Positions 19,501 through 30,005 of a DNA stretch of 64,000 bases are shown piece after piece (positions within the stretch are counted from its first letter, which is position 1; the number at the start of each line of letters is the position of its first letter). The notes beneath the pieces were generated by a model. That model was not told the origin of the DNA. It did not search any database and worked only from the letters and a program-made list of their open reading frames with translations. A program made the translations under genes and the position numbers. Origin of the DNA: Spirochaetia bacterium (GTDB lineage Bacteria > Spirochaetota > Spirochaetia > DSM-2461); the NCBI GenBank assembly GCA_963666985.2, contig CAXXIA010000001.1:704001-768000 (forward strand), written 5' to 3'.

Positions 19501-20859
19501 TTAGCGACTGTTGAAATGCAGGACGTCGCCGGTTGTCGCCGCAACGGCGATGATGAATACGATAATTGTACCGACGAATTGATATCTGTAAACAGACCTC
19601 GGTTTGATCGGTTTTCCGGCTGCCGTTTCCACAAGAAACAAAAGAATCTGACCGCCGTCGAGAACAGGGATGGGAAGAAGGTTCAGGAAAGCCAGAGAGA
19701 CGGAGATTAGCGACATCAGCTCAAAAGACCAAAGAAATCCCGGTCCGATTCCGCTCCTGAAACCGGCGGCGACCACGGCGCCCGTATCGGATATAAGTCT
19801 GATGGGACCGGAGACGGCATTTTGGATTTTAATGCCTAAAAACAGCATCCTCAAACCCTTGAGGGTGGAAACAAGAGTCTCGACGGTCTCGGTTACACCC
19901 TTGCCGAACGCCTGGAAACCGTTAAGCCGGGCGGATCGTCCGTTAAGAAGACGAAAAGACAGACCGGGCGATTCTTCCGGCCGCAGAGAAAGGTTCAATT
20001 CAAGCTGTTTCCCGGAGCGATCGACAACTATGTGCATCGTCGCGGGAGCGGACTCGGGCAAAGCGGAGAAAAAAGCGACGGTGTGGGGTGTGGGTTTCCC
20101 GTCGGCCGAAATAATCAGGTCGCCTTCCTGGAATCCCGCCGCCCGGGCCGGAGAATTATCGGCGACGGCGTTTATCAGGGGATTCACCCAGCTGAGAACG
20201 CCGATAATGGCGGCACCCGACTCCTTATCCAGTTCCGGAGTGATGCGGAGTGACTTTTCTCGCCCGTTTCGCAGAACCGTGAGATTCAGGGATTCCCCCG
20301 GACGGAAAACAAGGCTGCGGCGAAGTTCCTCAAACCGATCGACAGGCTTCCCGTCGACGGCCGTGATTAAATCTCCGCTCATCAAGCCCGCTTTATCCGC
20401 GGGCCATGTTTTACTATCGATATTCCATTCGGAGGCCAGAACGACTCGCGGTTCGGTATATGTTTCGTTGTAACCGATCCAGGAAATGAGCATAAAGACG
20501 ATAATGGAAAAAAGAACGTTGGCGGCCGGTCCCGATATGGCGACGATGATGCGTTTCCAGGGAACCGAAGAGTAGTAATCGCCCGGTTCTCCCGGAATAT
20601 GATCAAGATTTTCTTCCAGAGCTTTCTTAAAAGACTCCTCCCCGTAAAAACGGCAATAGCCTCCCAGCGGAATTAAAGACAGCCTGAAGTCGGTCTCTTT
20701 TTTCCTGAATCCGAAAAGACGTTTCCCGAAACCGACGGAAAAGGTTTCGACACGAATCCCCGTAAGACGGGCGGCAAGGAAATGGCCTCCTTCATGAACC
20801 ATCACAACAATGGAAAGACCGATTATGCCAAGAAGAATCTCAAGTATTTTTGATGTCAT
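19501..20859 (-). CDS. rseP: RIP metalloprotease (site-2 protease, two PDZ domains)
   Basis: HEGGH, NLLPIPVLDGG, two PDZ repeats. Confidence 0.95.
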   Translation of the reverse strand: MTSKILEILLGIIGLSIVVMVHEGGHFLAARLTGIRVETFSVGFGKRLFGFRKKETDFRLSLIPLGGYCRFYGEESFKKALEENLDHIPGEPGDYYSSVPWKRIIVAISGPAANVLFSIIVFMLISWIGYNETYTEPRVVLASEWNIDSKTWPADKAGLMSGDLITAVDGKPVDRFEELRRSLVFRPGESLNLTVLRNGREKSLRITPELDKESGAAIIGVLSWVNPLINAVADNSPARAAGFQEGDLIISADGKPTPHTVAFFSALPESAPATMHIVVDRSGKQLELNLSLRPEESPGLSFRLLNGRSARLNGFQAFGKGVTETVETLVSTLKGLRMLFLGIKIQNAVSGPIRLISDTGAVVAAGFRSGIGPGFLWSFELMSLISVSLAFLNLLPIPVLDGGQILLFLVETAAGKPIKPRSVYRYQFVGTIIVFIIAVAATTGDVLHFNSR

Positions 20860-21695
20860 CAGAGAACCGCACTCTCGAGGAAAATAACGAAAAACGGCGC
20901 TGTAAAGAGGATGGAATCGACTGAATCGAACATGCCTCCGCGTCCGAAAATGATGTTCCCGGAGTCTTTGACATTAACGGAGCGCTTTAACGCCGATTCG
21001 GTCAAATCTCCGAGAAAGGTTACGGCGGCGATTATAACGGCAAAGAGCAGAAGCTGCCATAACGGATGGGGAAGAATCTCGGGAACAAGCCGTGAAGTAA
21101 CGAAAACCACGACGATGGAACCCAGTGTTCCTCCGAGGAATCCTTCCAGACTTTTATTGGGGCTGACCGCGAAGATTCCCCGTTTTTTCCCGAAGCAGAC
21201 GCCGAAAAGCCAGGCGGCCGAATCGTTTATGAAAACCGTTAAAGCGAAAAAAAGCAGGACGAAACGGGCGTTATCAAACCAAGTGAGGCGGGAAACCCAC
21301 CAAATCAGCCACCCGGGATAAATCACCATGAAAAGACGGCTGCTCATTCGGAGAAAGCCTTTGTCCAGGTCCGCTTCTTTGGCGAAGGCGGCATCGGAAA
21401 GGGCCCAGGCAACTGCGATGATCATCATGATTATCCCCGCCGAATGCGGAAGCCATCCCATATTGATCGTCCAGGAAAGGAAGGGCACGAGTCCGGGAAG
21501 GGCCGCGCTCCAAACCGGCAGAGAGGGCGCGACTTTCTTCAGCATGGCTCTCAGTTCCATCCCGCAGAGTATGCCGATAACACTTAAGAAAATAATGACG
21601 GCCAGATACTTCAGATAGGGCAGAAAAAGAATAAGGGCGATAATGGCGGGTACGGCCGCGAAAAACAAAATCAGCCTTTTGGCCGTATTGGTCAT
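20859..21695 (-). CDS. cdsA: Phosphatidate cytidylyltransferase
   Basis: SPNKSLEG, GDLTESALKR..NVKDSG, GGMFDSVDS. Confidence 0.93.
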   Translation of the reverse strand: MTNTAKRLILFFAAVPAIIALILFLPYLKYLAVIIFLSVIGILCGMELRAMLKKVAPSLPVWSAALPGLVPFLSWTINMGWLPHSAGIIMMIIAVAWALSDAAFAKEADLDKGFLRMSSRLFMVIYPGWLIWWVSRLTWFDNARFVLLFFALTVFINDSAAWLFGVCFGKKRGIFAVSPNKSLEGFLGGTLGSIVVVFVTSRLVPEILPHPLWQLLLFAVIIAAVTFLGDLTESALKRSVNVKDSGNIIFGRGGMFDSVDSILFTAPFFVIFLESAVL

Positions 21696-22402
21696 TTGGG
21701 AACCCCTCCGTATCTGCGCTGCCGTTTGGCGAAGTGAGATACGGCTTCATCAAGCATGGATTCGGAAAAGTCGGGCCAATAGGCATCCGAGAAATAGAAC
21801 TCGGCATAAGCGGCCTGCCAAATGAGAAAATTGCTGATTCGAAGTTCGTCACCGGTTCTGATCATAAGGTCGAGATTACACAAATCCGGATGATCCAGGG
21901 AAGAACTGATGTCTTCTTCGGTGATGCCGCCGCAGTTTCGCCCGGCGGCGGCAAAGCGTCTGACGGCCCGGACAATTTCATCCCGGCCGCCGTAATTAAT
22001 GAGAAGATTCACGCGCATTCCGCTAAAGCCGGAGGTATCCTCTTCGGCAAGAAGAATCTCTTCCATGACCGGGCTCGGAAGACGTTCCAAATCGCCCGAA
22101 TGGGTGATCCGAATGCCTTTTTCCCGGTAGAAATCGTATTGTCTGCGTAAATGAGTTTTGATTAAACCCATCAGAAAATTGACTTCTTCCTCGGTGCGCC
22201 GCCAATTCTCCGTGGAGAACGTGAAAAGAGATAAGGTTGAAACACCGAGATCCGAAGCATGCGCAACGATGCGCTTGGCCGTTTCAAGGCCCTCCCTGTG
22301 ACCGGCCGTTCGAGGCAGACCGCGTTCGGAAGCCCAGCGGCCGTTGCCGTCCATGATAATTCCGATATGCGCGGGGACGGCGTTTTCCTCAGGGGGCATC
22401 AA
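21692..22402 (-). CDS. uppS: Undecaprenyl/polyprenyl diphosphate synthase
   Basis: HIGIIMDGNGRWA, FSTENW.R, RISNFLIWQ. Confidence 0.96.
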   Translation of the reverse strand: MMPPEENAVPAHIGIIMDGNGRWASERGLPRTAGHREGLETAKRIVAHASDLGVSTLSLFTFSTENWRRTEEEVNFLMGLIKTHLRRQYDFYREKGIRITHSGDLERLPSPVMEEILLAEEDTSGFSGMRVNLLINYGGRDEIVRAVRRFAAAGRNCGGITEEDISSSLDHPDLCNLDLMIRTGDELRISNFLIWQAAYAEFYFSDAYWPDFSESMLDEAVSHFAKRQRRYGGVPK

Positions 22403-22941
22403 ACCTCCATTATCTCCTGTTCTTTCTTCTTCAGAACCTCGCCGATTTTCTCTATGTAAGAGTCGGTAAGCTTTTGAATGTCGTCGGTGCCTCTTTTCTG
22501 CTCGTCTTCGGTGAAGTCACCGTTTTTAATCTGTTCATTGGTATCGCGGCGGATATTACGAACGGCGACGCGGGCGTTTTCGGCTAGATTCTTGGCCTGT
22601 TTGACCAATTCCTTCCGCCTCTCTTCGTTCAGGGGCGGAATATTGATTCGGATAACTTTACCGTCGTTATTCGGATTCAGGCCTAATTCCGAGGCCAAAA
22701 TGGCCTTTTCGATATCGGCCATTGAGTTGCGGTCAAAGGGCTGAATAACGATGAGCCGGGCTTCGGGTACGGAGATGTTGGCAATTTGATTCAGCGGCGT
22801 GGGTGTACCGTAATAATCAACCTTCAACTTATCAAAGATGGCGGCCGACGCCCGTCCGGTTCTCAGGAGGTTGAAGTCGTCCTCCAGCGCGCCGATGCTC
22901 TTTTTCATCCTTCCTTCGGACTTGGCTTTAACCTCTTGCAT
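22399..22941 (-). CDS. frr: Ribosome recycling factor
   Basis: RTGRAS, VDYYG, PPLNEERRKEL, VRNIRRD. Confidence 0.97.
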   Translation of the reverse strand: MQEVKAKSEGRMKKSIGALEDDFNLLRTGRASAAIFDKLKVDYYGTPTPLNQIANISVPEARLIVIQPFDRNSMADIEKAILASELGLNPNNDGKVIRINIPPLNEERRKELVKQAKNLAENARVAVRNIRRDTNEQIKNGDFTEDEQKRGTDDIQKLTDSYIEKIGEVLKKKEQEIMEV

Positions 22942-23013
22942 GGCTTCTCTCCTTAATTGGGACGGCGTATTCGCCCATGGAGAAGAACGAAACGCCGGTG
23001 CCCATTATATAAG

Positions 23014-23058
23014 AAATCCGGGAGATATCGAATCTCCCGGCGGGACAATCCCGGATTT
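23014..23058. terminator. Stem-loop(s) between tsf and frr
   Basis: CCGGGAGAT/ATCTCCCGG hairpin and an alternative AAATCCGGGA/TCCCGGATTT pairing. Confidence 0.45.
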
Positions 23059-23077
23059 TCAAACCGATAAAAATCCG

Positions 23078-23923
23078 TCAGTCTTCCTGGCCGACGGCGA
23101 TATAAGCGTAATCGGTCAGTTTGACCGATCCGCCGACTTCTTTCGCCACCTCGGAGATGATCTGCGTAACGGACTTCTTGTCTTCCTTGACGAAGCCTTG
23201 ATCGACAAAGCAGATCTGAGAAAGATGCTTGTTTAATTTTCCCTTCACAATGCCTTGGATGACTTTTTCGGGTTTGTCTCCCAAATTGTTGGCCTGAGTC
23301 GTGAAAATTTCTTCCTGTTCCTTCAAATATGCCGGATCGACCGAATCCCGGTTCAGATAAAGGGGATTAAAGGCGGCCGCATGAAGAGCCAAGTCGAAGG
23401 CAAGGGTTTTTACCTCGTCCTTAGCGGCGATTGCGGCATCGGCGCACGTGAGCTTGACCATGGTTCCGATAACGCCGCCGTTATGAGCGTAATTAACCAC
23501 TAAGTCATTATCGGCAACACTCCAGCAGACCATTTTCCCCAGGAGCATATTCTCTTTCAGAATGGCGATTGATTCCTTCACCATCGTTTCAAGTTTTTCG
23601 GTTTTCTCGGCTGTTCCCTGTTCGGCCAGAGCGGCAGCGATTTGTTCGCCGGTATTCTTGAAATTATCCGTTTTGGCAACGAAATCCGTTTCGCATGTCA
23701 GTTCCACCATAGCGGCTTTTCCGTTCTTCATTGAAAAGAACACGGAACCGTTATTCGTTGCACGTCCGATACGCTTTTCAGCGCTCGCCAGACCTTGTTC
23801 CTTCAATATTTTTTCAGCCGCGGCGAAGTCTCCGCCGGCTTTAACCAGGGCGTTTTTGCAATCAAGCATTCCGGCTCCGGTTCGGTCGCGAAGTTTCTTT
23901 ACATCTTGTGGTGTAACGGCCAC
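23078..23923 (-). CDS. tsf: Translation elongation factor Ts
   Basis: VKKLRDRTGAGMLDCK, ELTCETDFVA. Start set at GTG 23923. Confidence 0.97.
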   Translation of the reverse strand: MAVTPQDVKKLRDRTGAGMLDCKNALVKAGGDFAAAEKILKEQGLASAEKRIGRATNNGSVFFSMKNGKAAMVELTCETDFVAKTDNFKNTGEQIAAALAEQGTAEKTEKLETMVKESIAILKENMLLGKMVCWSVADNDLVVNYAHNGGVIGTMVKLTCADAAIAAKDEVKTLAFDLALHAAAFNPLYLNRDSVDPAYLKEQEEIFTTQANNLGDKPEKVIQGIVKGKLNKHLSQICFVDQGFVKEDKKSVTQIISEVAKEVGGSVKLTDYAYIAVGQED

Positions 23924-23924
23924 T

Positions 23925-24839
23925 TTAATTCTCCTCTGTTTTCTCTTGAGTCTCTTCCGCATCATCGGAGGAAGAGACTTCTTCCTTTGAGTCTTTTACC
24001 TCGTCCTCATCTTCATCCGCCGACTCATCGTCGGAATCAAAAGCCGACTCGTCATCATCATCGGAGTCGTCGTCATCATCATCTTTGGACTCATTATTGT
24101 CGGCGAAAATGTCGCCTTCTTCATCGTCCTGAAGAGTTTCGATAACTTTCAGCCCCTGTTCGTTATCGGCTTCGATAACGGCGTTGGCGATAACCTGGGT
24201 AAAGAGGTTGATGGCGCGTATGGCGTCGTCGTTGCCCGGAATGGGGTAGTCGATGCCGTCGGGATTGCAGTTGGTGTCGACGACGGCCACGATGGGAATG
24301 CCCATCCTTCGCGCTTCGGCAACGGCGATGGCTTCTTTCCGGGTGTCGATAATGAAAATAACGCCCGGAAGGTCGTTCATGTTCTTGATGCCGCCCAGGT
24401 TTTTTTCAAGTTTGTCTTTCTCTTTGTTCAGACGGGAGACTTCTTTTTTTGTAAGCTGATCGAAGGTACCGTCGATTTCCATCTTTTCGATTTTCTTCAG
24501 GCGAAGAAGCGATTTCTTGATGGTGCTGAAATTGGTCAGCATGCCGCCGAGCCATCGATTGTTCACATAGAACATCTCACAGCGTTCGGCTTCTCTTTTA
24601 ACGGATGCCTGGGCCTGTTTCTTCGTGCCGACGAACAGCACCGATTTTCCGGCCAAGACGTTTTTGCGAACCACGTCGTAGGCATCCTTGATGGCCACGA
24701 TGGTCTTCTGCAAATCGATGATATGAATCCCGTTTCTCTGGGCGAAGATATATTTCTTCATCCTGGGATCCCAGCGCCGGGTTTGGTGACCGAAATGGAC
24801 ACCCGACTCCAGCAGGTTCTTCATGGTTACGACTGCCAT
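23925..24839 (-). CDS. rpsB: 30S ribosomal protein S2 with long acidic tail
   Basis: [35 protein letters not shown]. Start set at ATG 24839. Confidence 0.97.
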   Translation of the reverse strand: MAVVTMKNLLESGVHFGHQTRRWDPRMKKYIFAQRNGIHIIDLQKTIVAIKDAYDVVRKNVLAGKSVLFVGTKKQAQASVKREAERCEMFYVNNRWLGGMLTNFSTIKKSLLRLKKIEKMEIDGTFDQLTKKEVSRLNKEKDKLEKNLGGIKNMNDLPGVIFIIDTRKEAIAVAEARRMGIPIVAVVDTNCNPDGIDYPIPGNDDAIRAINLFTQVIANAVIEADNEQGLKVIETLQDDEEGDIFADNNESKDDDDDDSDDDDESAFDSDDESADEDEDEVKDSKEEVSSSDDAEETQEKTEEN

Positions 24840-24973
24840 GAATCCTCCTCTTGATTCCGCGTTCCGCATCCGTCGGATGATTCACGCGGTCCTTCCCTTG
24901 ATTCTCGATGAATTCGGAAAACCGATGTTCATCGGAAGATTAAGATTCGTCTCTACGAGATCGGATCGGTATC

Positions 24974-25666
24974 CTACTCCAGAGGGTAGGACAACTCGGT
25001 GAGTATGCCGTATAGGGGGGCGAGTGGCAAGCCCACGACAGTGGACCAAAGGCCTTCGATCCGCTCCAGAAGGACGGCTCCTTTGCCCTGTATCCGGTAC
25101 GCGCCGGCGGCTCCCCGCCATTCGCCCGTACGTATATAGGAACGGATTTCGTTCTTGGAGAAATCCCGGAAAGTCACCGTTGTCGTATGGCAGAGGCTTT
25201 TAACGGTTCCCAAACCGCTTGAAATGATTTGGGCGAGCGATTTCGATGAGCTTAAGTCCTCAGGCATCGCCGATATCGGATTCTTTTGAGAGAACGCGGG
25301 TGCGTAAACAACGAGTCCGGTGTGTACCGAATGCTGTCGGCCGGAGAGTTCCGAGAGCATTTCGGCGGCTTCCTCTTCATCGGAAGGTTTCCCGAGAAGT
25401 CCTCCGGGCCCTTCCACAAGCGTATCGGCGGCGATTCCCCAGGAATAAACATGCTGAAGATTTCCGAAAAGACCGGCTTCCAGTTTTCTTGATGCGATTT
25501 CGGTTACGGAATCTTGGGGAGATGTCTTCTCGGGAATCCGTTCATCGGCATCGGCGGGAATCACCTCGAAAGGAAGATTCAGTACGTTCAAGAGCTCCCG
25601 CCGTCTCGGCGATGCCGAGTAGAGATAAATGAGCGGCTTTCCCATTAATTCGATCGTTCGCGGCAT
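24974..25666 (-). CDS. maf: Maf family nucleoside triphosphate pyrophosphatase
   Basis: SASPRRRELL, AADTLV, GKP, LSGRQH.VHTG, AGAYRIQG, VVGLP. Start is 25666 or 25645. Confidence 0.9.
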   Translation of the reverse strand: MPRTIELMGKPLIYLYSASPRRRELLNVLNLPFEVIPADADERIPEKTSPQDSVTEIASRKLEAGLFGNLQHVYSWGIAADTLVEGPGGLLGKPSDEEEAAEMLSELSGRQHSVHTGLVVYAPAFSQKNPISAMPEDLSSSKSLAQIISSGLGTVKSLCHTTTVTFRDFSKNEIRSYIRTGEWRGAAGAYRIQGKGAVLLERIEGLWSTVVGLPLAPLYGILTELSYPLE

Positions 25667-25792
25667 TTTAAGAAATCCCAATGATTTTAACTTCAGACAT
25701 CCTATCCGAGTCTTTTGATGACGGGCAACACAATTTGACTTAAAAGTATAATATACCAATAATAATCGATAGGGTCTTATCCCCGACGGAGA

Positions 25793-26323
25793 GTGATGAT
25801 GGTTCTGTTGTTCGCCAAGCTGCTGAGCGCCCTTACAGCCTATGGACGTCCCGGCCGGATCGCGTTTGCCATGGCTCTGGGTCTTATGCTGGCCCTTATT
25901 CCGGGAGGTACGCTTCTTTGGATTATCCTTTTTGTACCTCTGATGCTTGTTCGAATTAATCAGGCCGCCTTATTGGGAACCATGGGCGTTTTCCGTTTGT
26001 TGGCGCCTCTTTATGATCCGTTTTCCGAGTCTCTGGGCTACCGATTGCTCACCCTTGATGCCCTCTATCGGCCGATGGGACGATTTTTAAGCGTTCCTTT
26101 TATCGGCTGGCTGCGATTGGATGATTCTTTTGTTTTCGGCGGATTGGTTCTCGGATTGATTGCTCTGCCGGTTGCCTTCTTTGTTTTCCGGCTGCTTGTA
26201 GGGCTTTATCGGCGTTTCCTGGCCGGAAAAATCAAGGCCGTATTTCATCGGATCGGAGCGAAAGTACCGCTTATTGGGCGCCTTGCCAAAGCCGTAACGG
26301 CCGTCCGGGGAGGTGCGTTATGA
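25793..26323 (+). CDS. TIGR03546/DUF2062-like membrane protein
   Basis: P..IA.A.ALG.MLALIP, P...LGY.LL, F..GGLVLG pattern; coupled to the next gene. Confidence 0.7.
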   Translation: MMMVLLFAKLLSALTAYGRPGRIAFAMALGLMLALIPGGTLLWIILFVPLMLVRINQAALLGTMGVFRLLAPLYDPFSESLGYRLLTLDALYRPMGRFLSVPFIGWLRLDDSFVFGGLVLGLIALPVAFFVFRLLVGLYRRFLAGKIKAVFHRIGAKVPLIGRLAKAVTAVRGGAL

Positions 26324-28341
26324 AAAAAGTAAAGAAGGAAGCCGAGGCGGGAAGATCCAAGGCGTCTTCCGCTGAAAAAACTCCGAAAATACCCGGAGCC
26401 TTTCGCAAGCCTTTGAAAAAAAGGCGCTTTGGGAAACTGATCAAGATGCTCACCGACTCCGGCGAGATAAAAATCTTGGAAGCCGCTTTTCCCGAAGGTG
26501 CGGACGGACGCCGGCGCTACAAAGCGCCGGCGGAGAAAAAGAAAGCGAAGGAAATCGCCGTTATTCTTAAAAAGGTCCGAAAAGCACGAAGCGGCCCGCG
26601 CACGGTCCGTCTGATTTTCGTGGTAATACTCATTGGTGTTCCGGTTATCTTCAGCGCGCTGTTTCTTGATCGAACAGCTTCACGTCGGCTTGAAGGAATT
26701 CTTGAAAAACAGACGGGAACCGACGCAACCGTTGCAGGTCTGGACATTTCTATTCCGAAGGGGAGTATCCGAATAGGAAAACTTGCTTTGGCATCCCAAT
26801 CGGATCCGATGATTGATGAATGGGTCCTGGAAAATCTGGCGGCCGATATTCGATTAACTTCGCTTTCTTTTCGGAGGGTGATTATCGACGAAGTTTCCGC
26901 CGAGTTCGCCATGAAAGTTCCCAGAGAAACGTCGGCCGTTTATCCCGGGAAAAGGGCGAAAGAATCCGAGGAGAAGAAGGGCGGCGGATTGAGTTTCGAT
27001 ACGGATTTGCTTCCGAGTGTGAATCTTCAATTTGATTCGGCCGATTTGGTTCCGTCTATGCGGGAAGATTTGGAAGCCGAATACAAGGATTTGATCGATG
27101 GCTTGGATGACGATATCGATGAAGCCCGGGAAGTCGGTGAAAGAGCCGCCGAACTGTTAGGTCGCTCTTTGCCCGGGAAAAACGATCTTGCCGGATGGAC
27201 CGCGTTGGTGACGGACGGAAAAGATCTCGCCGAAGATTTGAAGTCTCAGAGCGAAATAATTGAAGAATACCGAACTCGAATAAGCCGGGCCGCCGAGACG
27301 GCGAAAGAAGCATCCGAAGAAGCCCGCCGGGCCGTGGAAAAAGATTTGGCGAAGATTGAGGATGCCGTTTCATTTGATCGCAATACGCTGAACGAATGGC
27401 TCGGATCGGCAATAGGTTCTTATTTGGGGCCCAAAGCCGAGGTGATTTTCAATAAGATAAACGCTTTGCGTTCCCCTTCGGGCGAAGAGACGAGGGAAAG
27501 CCGAACAAAACGTTCCGAAAAAGGCCGAATGAAAAGCGGACGCATCGTTTCTTTCCCGGTCCGTCTTCCTCCGCGCTTCAGTATCGGGAGAATGCATTTC
27601 AGCGCTCTCGGAGCCGAACTGAACGGAACGAATGTCGGTATCGACCATGATTTGGCGGGTGCGCCCTCGGTGCTGAATCTTGAGATTAGCGGCATGAGCG
27701 GAGTTGAAGGATCTCTTGCCGCCGATCTTACCGTGGACGGCCGGAGCGGGGCGGATAGGATTATAGACGGAAAGGCCGCGAGCTCCGGATGGGCATGGTC
27801 TACGGGATCCGGCGAGGATGATTTGGGCGGAAACCTGGAAGCGACGGCGGATTTTTTCGTGAATGCGGAGAATCCCGATCTGTTCGCCGCATCAGGGAAA
27901 GCCGTTATCTCGAACTGGAGCGGACGTTTGAGCGGCGGAACGGTGGATATCGTTTCCGCCGATTCTCCCCCGCTGGCGGTCGAATACGAACTGACAATAG
28001 AACAGGGTGTTCCGCTGCTGAAGCTTTCCCTTGCGGAAGGCATGTTTGAAAGCTGGAGTAAAGCGCTGGCGGAATCGATTCTGCCTCTCGGAGCCGAACA
28101 GGCAAAAGCGGCGCTGTTGGATGCCGTCGGTGATGATTTGGACGGACTTGATGAGGTGCTTGGGAATCTTAACGCCGAAAGCGCGGATTTGAATGATCTC
28201 GGCAATCTTCTGGATTCACAGGAACGCAAACTCGAGGAGAACCTGCAAGATTGGACGAATAAGGCGGCCGGCGGGATGAACATTCCCGGAACCGAAGATA
28301 TCGCGGAGAAAGCCGCAAAAGGATTGAAGTCGTTATTTTAG
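26320..28341 (+). CDS. TIGR03545-like (AsmA-related) membrane-anchored protein
   Basis: Single TM segment, beta-rich region, coiled coil, GR.V.FP motif; usual partner position after a TIGR03546-like gene. Confidence 0.6.
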   Translation: MKKVKKEAEAGRSKASSAEKTPKIPGAFRKPLKKRRFGKLIKMLTDSGEIKILEAAFPEGADGRRRYKAPAEKKKAKEIAVILKKVRKARSGPRTVRLIFVVILIGVPVIFSALFLDRTASRRLEGILEKQTGTDATVAGLDISIPKGSIRIGKLALASQSDPMIDEWVLENLAADIRLTSLSFRRVIIDEVSAEFAMKVPRETSAVYPGKRAKESEEKKGGGLSFDTDLLPSVNLQFDSADLVPSMREDLEAEYKDLIDGLDDDIDEAREVGERAAELLGRSLPGKNDLAGWTALVTDGKDLAEDLKSQSEIIEEYRTRISRAAETAKEASEEARRAVEKDLAKIEDAVSFDRNTLNEWLGSAIGSYLGPKAEVIFNKINALRSPSGEETRESRTKRSEKGRMKSGRIVSFPVRLPPRFSIGRMHFSALGAELNGTNVGIDHDLAGAPSVLNLEISGMSGVEGSLAADLTVDGRSGADRIIDGKAASSGWAWSTGSGEDDLGGNLEATADFFVNAENPDLFAASGKAVISNWSGRLSGGTVDIVSADSPPLAVEYELTIEQGVPLLKLSLAEGMFESWSKALAESILPLGAEQAKAALLDAVGDDLDGLDEVLGNLNAESADLNDLGNLLDSQERKLEENLQDWTNKAAGGMNIPGTEDIAEKAAKGLKSLF

Positions 28342-28387
28342 AATTTTTTATAGCAGCCGGGGGGCCGAAGCGCATTTCATAACCCAT

Positions 28388-28422
28388 AAAAAAAACCGGC
28401 GCCGTATTATAAAGCGCCGGTT
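28388..28422 (-). terminator. Intrinsic terminator of the amino-acid ABC operon
   Basis: AACCGGCGC/GCGCCGGTT stem followed by a poly-T run on the minus strand. Confidence 0.7.
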
Positions 28423-28483
28423 ACTGTATGAAACAACAATGAACGGCTTCCGTGCCGCCGCCTCATATGCTCAGCCGATTTCG

Positions 28484-29221
28484 CTACAGGATGTGCTTGA
28501 GAAACTTTCGGGTCCGCTCTTCGGAAGGAGCATCGAATATTTCTTCCGGAGGACCGGTCTCGACGATTTCACCGGCGTCCATGAAAACCACCCGATCCGC
28601 CGCCGCACGGGCGAACCCCATTTCATGGCTCACCACCATCATGGTCATGCCTTCCTTGGCCAAATCGAGCATAACATCCAGCACTTCCTTCACCATTTCC
28701 GGATCAAGCGCGCTGGTGGGCTCGTCGAAGAGCATTACCTTCGGTTCCATCGCCAGGGCGCGGGCGATGGCCACGCGCTGTTTCTGACCGCCCGAAAGCT
28801 GGCCGGGATAGGCCTCCTCTCGGTCGGCAAGACCGACACGCTTTAACAGCTCTCTGGCTTTCGTTTCCGCGGCGGCGCGGCTGATCGTTTTGACTTTAAC
28901 GGGCGCCAGACAAATGTTCTCCAGAACCGAAAGATGCGGAAAAAGATTGAAGTCCTGGAACACCATTCCGGTCTCTTCCCGAACCTTGCGGATATCCGCG
29001 TTCGGCCCGATCAGGGGATTCCCGTCGACAAGGATCTGGCCGCCGGTGAGGGCTTCGAGTTTATTCACGCTCCTTAAAAGCGTGCTTTTTCCCGAACCCG
29101 AAGGCCCTATAATCAGGACGACTTCTCCTTCCTTCACCTTCAAATCAACGCCGTTGAGGGCTTTTACCACGCCGAAATCCTTTTCGGCTCCCTGAATATC
29201 GACCATGACTTTATCGTTCAT
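28484..29221 (-). CDS. Polar amino-acid ABC transporter ATPase (GlnQ family)
   Basis: [41 protein letters not shown]. Confidence 0.95.
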   Translation of the reverse strand: MNDKVMVDIQGAEKDFGVVKALNGVDLKVKEGEVVLIIGPSGSGKSTLLRSVNKLEALTGGQILVDGNPLIGPNADIRKVREETGMVFQDFNLFPHLSVLENICLAPVKVKTISRAAAETKARELLKRVGLADREEAYPGQLSGGQKQRVAIARALAMEPKVMLFDEPTSALDPEMVKEVLDVMLDLAKEGMTMMVVSHEMGFARAAADRVVFMDAGEIVETGPPEEIFDAPSEERTRKFLKHIL

Positions 29222-30005
29222 GACGCTTCATCCTATCTTCCATCATTGCCACGAGTTTACTGAGCACCAGGGTGAATACCAGATAAACAAGAGCCACCAT
29301 CGCATAGGTTTCCAGGGAAAGGAAGGTTCTTGAAACATGCTCCCGGCCCCGTCTGAGGATATCGCGTAAGGCGATAACCGATACCAGCGAGGAATCTTTC
29401 AGCATGGCGATGAATTCGTTTCCGATGGCCGGAATAACGATTTTCATGGTTTGGGGCAGAATAATAAAGCGCATGGCCTGCCCCCGTGTAAGGCCCAGAG
29501 CCATCGCCGCTTCCATCTGGCCTTTGGGAATGGCTTCAATGCCCGCGCGGAAAATTTCTCCCATGTAGGCTCCGTAGCATATGGAGAGAGAAATAATGGC
29601 CGCCGGAACGCCGTCGAGCTTAAAAAACTTTCCCAAGGCGAAGTAGATGAAAATCAGCTGTACCAGCAGAGGAATCCCGCGGATGAGTTCCACGTAAACT
29701 CCGGCGATAAGCTGTAAAAGCCGCGTTCGGGCAATTTGGCCGAGTCCCGTAAACAGGCCCAAAACCACGGACCCCGCGATGGCTCCCGCGGTAACGCCGA
29801 AGGTAAGCGGCGCGCCTTTGATGATCACTTTAAAAATCTGATCGTACGGATCCTTTGCGACGAACACCAGCAAAACGATGCCGAGTACGGCAAAGGCGAT
29901 GGTGAGTCTCCAGGAGTCGATGATCCGCCGTTCTCCCTTAATGGGGATAAGAGCCCCGTCGGTGACCTCGATGCGGGGCTCCGCGTGGTTCTTTACCGCA
30001 GCCAC
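29211..30005 (-). CDS. Polar amino-acid ABC transporter permease
   Basis: [30 protein letters not shown]. Confidence 0.95.
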   Translation of the reverse strand: MAAVKNHAEPRIEVTDGALIPIKGERRIIDSWRLTIAFAVLGIVLLVFVAKDPYDQIFKVIIKGAPLTFGVTAGAIAGSVVLGLFTGLGQIARTRLLQLIAGVYVELIRGIPLLVQLIFIYFALGKFFKLDGVPAAIISLSICYGAYMGEIFRAGIEAIPKGQMEAAMALGLTRGQAMRFIILPQTMKIVIPAIGNEFIAMLKDSSLVSVIALRDILRRGREHVSRTFLSLETYAMVALVYLVFTLVLSKLVAMMEDRMKRHER

